Below, in pieces: positions 46,394 to 50,709 of a stretch of DNA of 50,709 bases; position 1 is the stretch's first letter, and each line of letters begins with the position of its first letter. The notes beneath the pieces are model-generated. The model was not told where the DNA came from, made no database searches, and saw only the letters and a program-made list of their open reading frames with translations. Origin of the DNA: a virus (taxonomy: Duplodnaviria; Caudoviricetes); IMG/VR virus record IMGVR_UViG_3300034100_000034, positions 1 to 50,709 of that record, one strand, 5' to 3'. The position numbers and the translations under genes were made by a program.

Positions 46394-46700
46394 ACATCGC
46401 CCTGTCTATGGCCCGGATGGCTTGGAGTTCCCAAGGCTCCAGGCGGTTGCCTGTCATGTGCTGCCAGTCGAGGACGTCTCGATAGCGCAGCCGCTTATTT
46501 TCGTCTCTGAATTCCGAATGGAGTTCGAGGAACCAATCCCACACATGAGCGGCAAGTTCAGGGCAGTCTACGCGCTCATAAACCAGCTTCCCGGTCTGCC
46601 TCTCAAGGCTCTCGTAATGCACGCGTAGCGGTTGCCCATCGTCCTGCGGCTCGCTCAACTCAAATTCAGACCGGGCATAGGCGAGCAACTGCTCGGTCAG
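46359..46700 (-). CDS. Tail assembly chaperone, C-terminal part (gpT-like, -1 frameshift product)
   Basis: Open -1 frame relative to the upstream chaperone; HVWDWFLEL, PWELQAIRAID. Confidence 0.75.
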   Translation of the reverse strand: MTEQLLAYARSEFELSEPQDDGQPLRVHYESLERQTGKLVYERVDCPELAAHVWDWFLELHSEFRDENKRLRYRDVLDWQHMTGNRLEPWELQAIRAIDRAMYDRRGESSPRR

Positions 46701-47095
46701 GGTGCCAAAAAATTGGCAAGGTCTGCAATCCCTTCATCCACTTGCCGCCGAATCCACGGCAGCGCCGTGTAAATCTTGGTCGCGTTCGCCGGGGTGCAAT
46801 CGAGCCGCTCTTTGTTGTACTCGATCTGCTTTCCGCCAGCGTCGCGCCATGCCATCGTGCAGGCCACAAGCAAGGCCACGCCTTCGGAGTCGTTTTCCTC
46901 TGGCGTCATCTCGCCGCGGCGCTTCACGCGCTTCGTGATTGACTGCCGGACCTGGGCGCGGAATGCCGCCGAGTCCTTGCCCTTGACGGTGATGAAGATG
47001 CCCAGCGGCGCATCCGTGACAGGATGGCGCAATTCAATTTCCGCGCCCGCATCGCAAGCGGAGGCGGTGTCGAGTGAAGCGAGGTCGAGTGTCAT
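46697..47095 (-). CDS. Tail assembly chaperone (gpG-like)
   Basis: LRHPVT, GKDS; ends ANFLAP with T-TTT-TTG slippery site. Confidence 0.8.
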   Translation of the reverse strand: MTLDLASLDTASACDAGAEIELRHPVTDAPLGIFITVKGKDSAAFRAQVRQSITKRVKRRGEMTPEENDSEGVALLVACTMAWRDAGGKQIEYNKERLDCTPANATKIYTALPWIRRQVDEGIADLANFLAP

Positions 47096-48312
47096 GCCAG
47101 TGAGTCCTGAACGGTGATGATGGTCTGGTCATTGGCCAGGGCAGCGCCGCCGGCCGCGTTGAGCTGGGCGGTGAACGGGTAGGTGCGGATGATCGCTTTC
47201 TCGCCATCGTCCGGTGCGTCCCCGGTCAGCTTCACGGCGGACATGCTGAACGCGACGAAGTCCGAGGCGTTCGTGGTGTCGGCCGCCATGATGGCGACGA
47301 TGGATGTGAGAGTTTCGGCTTGGTACAGAGTCGAGAGGGTCGTGCTGTCGAACAGTGCCGTAAATTGGCCGCTGACCTTGATCCGGCCACGGCTCATGTC
47401 CGGGGGGTAGTTCGAGCCCACAATCGGGCCTTCGGCAGACAGCCCGCCGTCAATGCTGAAACTCAGGCCGGTCACGGTCAGGATTTCCGACCCATTGACT
47501 GCGAGGATACCCCGTACGCTTGTTAGAACAGGCACTACGGTGGCCGCCGTGGGGGTGGTGAGCACCTGGGCCGTCCCGAGCGTTCGCACGCCTAAGCCCT
47601 GGCCGGCGATCTTAATCGAGCAGTTGCCGCTGGCCGGCATTCCGATGTCGATCTTGCCAACTCGGATGTCGGGGAACAGTTCAGATTTGGTCAGGTCCGG
47701 ATTCCATTCTTCCAGTGTGAACAGGGTGTCCGTGTGCGCGATCAGCGGGACGAGGGCTTTCTTGCCAATCACCGTGAGGGTCGAGGCGGCAATCGGACCC
47801 TCGGCGATCAGGACGGAGTTGTTCAGCGTCAGCACGTTAAGCACGGTCGCAGAGACGCCGTAGACAAAGCAGTTGTTGTCCCGGTTCACGGCGTTGACGT
47901 ATGTGCCGGCGGTGATGCGCACCACGTCGCCAATCTTGATTCCGTCGGTCAGGAAAGAGCCTGAGGCGCGGGTTATGGTGTGAGTCGGCGCGGTCCCCGC
48001 AATGGTGAACGATGCCCCTGTGATGGCCGTAGTGGCTGTGAAAATCTTGCGGATCAGCGCCTGCATGAGCGTCGAGTACGTTCCAGGCGACAGCAGTCCG
48101 TCGAACTGCCAATCTGTCGAAGCCGACCCGAGGTTGACGCCGGCGGATTGCTGGTGCCCCACGATCTCGTTGTTTTCGTAGGTCGCGCGGACTTCCTTGG
48201 CCACCGAGGTGACGCGGCGCAGGACCTGGCCACCGGTGCCGGAAGCTGGAACGCCAAGGCCAGTTTGAGCCTTGATGACGGTGAGTTTGTTTACGCCTTG
48301 AGCTACGGTCAT
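47092..48312 (-). CDS. Major tail tube protein
   Basis: 406 aa; between tail terminator and chaperones. Confidence 0.82.
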   Translation of the reverse strand: MTVAQGVNKLTVIKAQTGLGVPASGTGGQVLRRVTSVAKEVRATYENNEIVGHQQSAGVNLGSASTDWQFDGLLSPGTYSTLMQALIRKIFTATTAITGASFTIAGTAPTHTITRASGSFLTDGIKIGDVVRITAGTYVNAVNRDNNCFVYGVSATVLNVLTLNNSVLIAEGPIAASTLTVIGKKALVPLIAHTDTLFTLEEWNPDLTKSELFPDIRVGKIDIGMPASGNCSIKIAGQGLGVRTLGTAQVLTTPTAATVVPVLTSVRGILAVNGSEILTVTGLSFSIDGGLSAEGPIVGSNYPPDMSRGRIKVSGQFTALFDSTTLSTLYQAETLTSIVAIMAADTTNASDFVAFSMSAVKLTGDAPDDGEKAIIRTYPFTAQLNAAGGAALANDQTIITVQDSLA

Positions 48313-48716
48313 GATGTGCCCCTTGAATAGAATCGAATCTTCACTGGAATGGCCCAGCGGTCGCCTTCAACCTGGCCCTGCCCGATCTCTGGAGTTCGTT
48401 GGATTGTAACGGTCGTTCCGCCTGATGTAAACGTCAAGCCACGGGCGAAAGTGGTGCGGATCAGGCCTGCGCGCGTGCGTGCGGTTGCGTCGCCGGCTTG
48501 CAGCGGGTAGCAGAGCGAAACCTGAAAAATCCCTTGATCGGTGTAGTTGGCACCAAACTCAGAATTGTCGGGCTCTGCGAACAGGATGAAAGCCCGCTGG
48601 TATGGCACGCTGGAAGCGGGAGGCGTAAATGCGACGTTTTCCCAAGCAGTGGCGAGCGCGGGCGACATGCCGTTTAGGGCAGTCTCAAGAGCTGCGCGGA
48701 TGTTAACCTGTGACAC
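48309..48716 (-). CDS. Tail terminator (DUF4128-like)
   Basis: AWENVAFTPP, GIFQVSLCYP, PVKIRF. Confidence 0.75.
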   Translation of the reverse strand: MSQVNIRAALETALNGMSPALATAWENVAFTPPASSVPYQRAFILFAEPDNSEFGANYTDQGIFQVSLCYPLQAGDATARTRAGLIRTTFARGLTFTSGGTTVTIQRTPEIGQGQVEGDRWAIPVKIRFYSRGTS

Positions 48717-49134
48717 GTTGGACAATCTGTTGGAATTCAATCGCGGTCAGGCCCACCATGCCGCTGGGGGCTTGTGTGGACCATCCGTCCTCAAGACGCT
48801 TGGCATAGGGCAGGTTGTTGTGGATGTAGTGCATGCCAGCTGCCGGGGACGTGTTCACGCCTGCCGTCAGCCGTGCCACTGAAACTGCGCCGCTCGGGTC
48901 GATGTCTGGCAGGTCGCCATTGGTGACGGCGCCGAAGCTGTACTGCCAGTTGGCGCGGAATCGCCCACCGACATAGCCCGCCGGGGGTGGGTTTTTCCAT
49001 AGGTTGCCGTCGCCCACAGGGCTTTTTTCCACGATCCGCCGACCAAGCTCCATCACGATCTCACGCACCGACGCCTCCAGCGTCCTGCTGGTGCGCTGGG
49101 AGAACTTTTCCAGGTCAACGGCGAAGGTGGACAT
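48703..49134 (-). CDS. Tail completion protein (HK97 gp10-like)
   Basis: SPVG, GRFRANW, NNLPYAKRLEDGWSTQAPSGMV. Confidence 0.85.
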   Translation of the reverse strand: MSTFAVDLEKFSQRTSRTLEASVREIVMELGRRIVEKSPVGDGNLWKNPPPAGYVGGRFRANWQYSFGAVTNGDLPDIDPSGAVSVARLTAGVNTSPAAGMHYIHNNLPYAKRLEDGWSTQAPSGMVGLTAIEFQQIVQRVTG

Positions 49135-49474
49135 CGTACAGCACTCGCGTTCCGGCCGGGTTGATCTCGCCCATCGAGACGATCACGTACTCAATCCCGC
49201 CGACAATGAAATGGTCCTGCGGGCTGATCGCGGCGACCGGGTCCAGCAACAGCCGCTTGTCCCCTCCCTGAATCAGGGTGCCACGCTCCAGCGTCTGGCC
49301 GGCGCCGAAGTCCAGCAGCGCACCCTTGCGCGTCGTATCGGCGGTCGTTGGCGTCGTGGTGCCCGTGGCCGGGTTGTAGATGACAGCCCCGTAGCTGCGC
49401 CGGGTGACCTCCTGCCCAAACTCGGTCAGGAGGTCGAGAGCGGCTGCGGCGGTGTTGGCGTAGGGGAAGGTCAT
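49115..49474 (-). CDS. Head closure protein, copy B
   Basis: Paralog of 106..465; overlaps the gp10-like start by 20 nt. Confidence 0.78.
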   Translation of the reverse strand: MTFPYANTAAAALDLLTEFGQEVTRRSYGAVIYNPATGTTTPTTADTTRKGALLDFGAGQTLERGTLIQGGDKRLLLDPVAAISPQDHFIVGGIEYVIVSMGEINPAGTRVLYDVHLRR

Positions 49475-49541
49475 GGTTTACTTGCGATGGAACGTTGATT
49501 TCGTCAACTTCAGGGTGGTCATCGACGATGATGGTCATTGG

Positions 49542-49715
49542 CTACTTCTTCTTCAGATGGTTGGTGTATCGAGTTAGCGCTGCGGCATACGCGCTAGCAT
49601 TGCGTTGTGGCGCAGCACCAGTTTTCATTTTGCGCATGATTCTCTGCAGCTTCTTTTGAGCATTTCCGCCGCCGCCTTTGGTATATTGATTGATGCCTGT
49701 TGGGTTGTTGTTCAT
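49542..49715 (-). CDS. 57-aa basic protein (NNPTGINQYT motif)
   Basis: GAGGA RBS; Lys/Arg-rich. Confidence 0.6.
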   Translation of the reverse strand: MNNNPTGINQYTKGGGGNAQKKLQRIMRKMKTGAAPQRNASAYAAALTRYTNHLKKK

Positions 49716-49717
49716 GA

Positions 49718-50512
49718 TTATGTCCTCACTAATTGAATTTGCGAGCTGCCGAGCTTGAGCAACGGGCGAAGCAGCGCGTCTATGGCTTTGTACTGTACGG
49801 TGGCGGTGCTGCCGGCTTCGTAGGTGGTGCTGATGGGGCCGACTGAGACGCTGGCCTTGCGCTGTGTCTGATCGGCCAATAGGTTGCCTGCCGCCGCGCG
49901 CAACGCCAATTCCGCGCAGGCGTTTTTTACCTCTTGCGGCACGACGTTGTTGGCGTAGTAGTTGGACAGCGCACTGTCCTTGCGCGGAACCATCTGCCGA
50001 GGCCAGTCGAGCGCCTGCGTCTCTGTCATACGCTCCCCAGCCCACCGCATCCGATAGGTCTCCGTCATGTAATCCGTGGCCCGGATGAGATGCCCATGTT
50101 TGGCTGTGTGACTGAGCGCCGTCCACGTTGTATTGCCGCGTCTTGCGTGGTACTGATCCGCCTCCTCATTGCTGCACAAGGAAACTGCCGTTGCCAGTCC
50201 TGCGCCAGTCTCAACGACGAACCATTCTTGCGGGACTGCTATCGTCGCAAGGCTGAACGCCTCGATAGATGGGCCGGTGTTGTTCGTGGCGATGACGCCA
50301 ACTTTCAGCGTGTGACTCCCATCATCCGTCGTGATGACGTATGTGGAACTTGTCGCTCCGGGGATGACAGCGGAATTGTCATTGACTCGATACCACTGGA
50401 AGGCATACGAGTCAACGCCGCCCGTCCACGTCCCGGTGCTTGCCGTCAGCGTTTCACCAACATCAACCGTGCCGGTTATGGCGGGGACTGCCGTGTTGAC
50501 AGGTTCAGCCAT
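49718..50512 (-). CDS. Head-tail adaptor copy B with N-terminal Ig-like domain
   Basis: PVNTAVPAITGT..VGETLTASTGTW...YAFQW...GATSSTY then DnaT-like domain. Confidence 0.8.
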   Translation of the reverse strand: MAEPVNTAVPAITGTVDVGETLTASTGTWTGGVDSYAFQWYRVNDNSAVIPGATSSTYVITTDDGSHTLKVGVIATNNTGPSIEAFSLATIAVPQEWFVVETGAGLATAVSLCSNEEADQYHARRGNTTWTALSHTAKHGHLIRATDYMTETYRMRWAGERMTETQALDWPRQMVPRKDSALSNYYANNVVPQEVKNACAELALRAAAGNLLADQTQRKASVSVGPISTTYEAGSTATVQYKAIDALLRPLLKLGSSQIQLVRT

Positions 50513-50654
50513 TTATTGTCTCTTCCATCTGCGCCGTCGTCAGCGCAGCCCACGCTGCGTTTCCGCGTGCTGGGTGGCAGGCGGAGATTGCGGCCGTTGA
50601 CGCGTAGCTTTCCGCAGTCGTCAGGCCGGTTCCGTCTTCAACGATCAGGGCCAT
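50505..50654 (-). pseudogene. Truncated 49-aa N-terminal fragment of adaptor copy A
   Basis: MALIVEDGTG...AALTTAQMEE, then diverges and stops across the Ig-adaptor start. Confidence 0.75.
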
Positions 50655-50709
50655 GACTTACGCTGCGTCGAGCAATGCGCGCAGATCCGCTTTCTTTGCG
50701 TCTCCGGGG

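Noticed and set aside
1-50709. Integrase, repressor, tRNA or rRNA genes
   Set aside because: None recognisable by eye; a tRNAscan/HMM run would be needed to exclude them fully.

Overview
Essentially complete genome (~49.7 kb) of a GC-rich, long non-contractile-tailed dsDNA phage, probably lytic (no integrase or repressor seen); a betaproteobacterial host is a guess. The minus strand carries terminase, portal, head, tail and lysis genes plus a split RepB-type primase and SF3-type helicase. A likely iteron origin lies at ~8.6-9.0 kb. The plus strand carries early genes, a nucleotide-metabolism/replication block (FAD oxidoreductase, variant ThyX, HAD phosphatase fusion, SAM methyltransferase, DnaQ, DnaE, N4/N6 MTase, nuclease, SNF2 helicase, SSB) and an accessory region at 28.3-35.1 kb. 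The most striking signal is a cluster of integron attC-type recombination sites (six complete, three partial or degenerate) separating small accessory genes. There is no integron integrase, and every site is oriented opposite to its genes. Also notable: a C5 methyltransferase split across two overlapping reading frames, a possible modified-nucleotide pathway, a circularly permuted GHKL-like protein, and two alternative head-tail connector alleles at the contig ends. All calls come from reading motifs by eye; no database searches were run.
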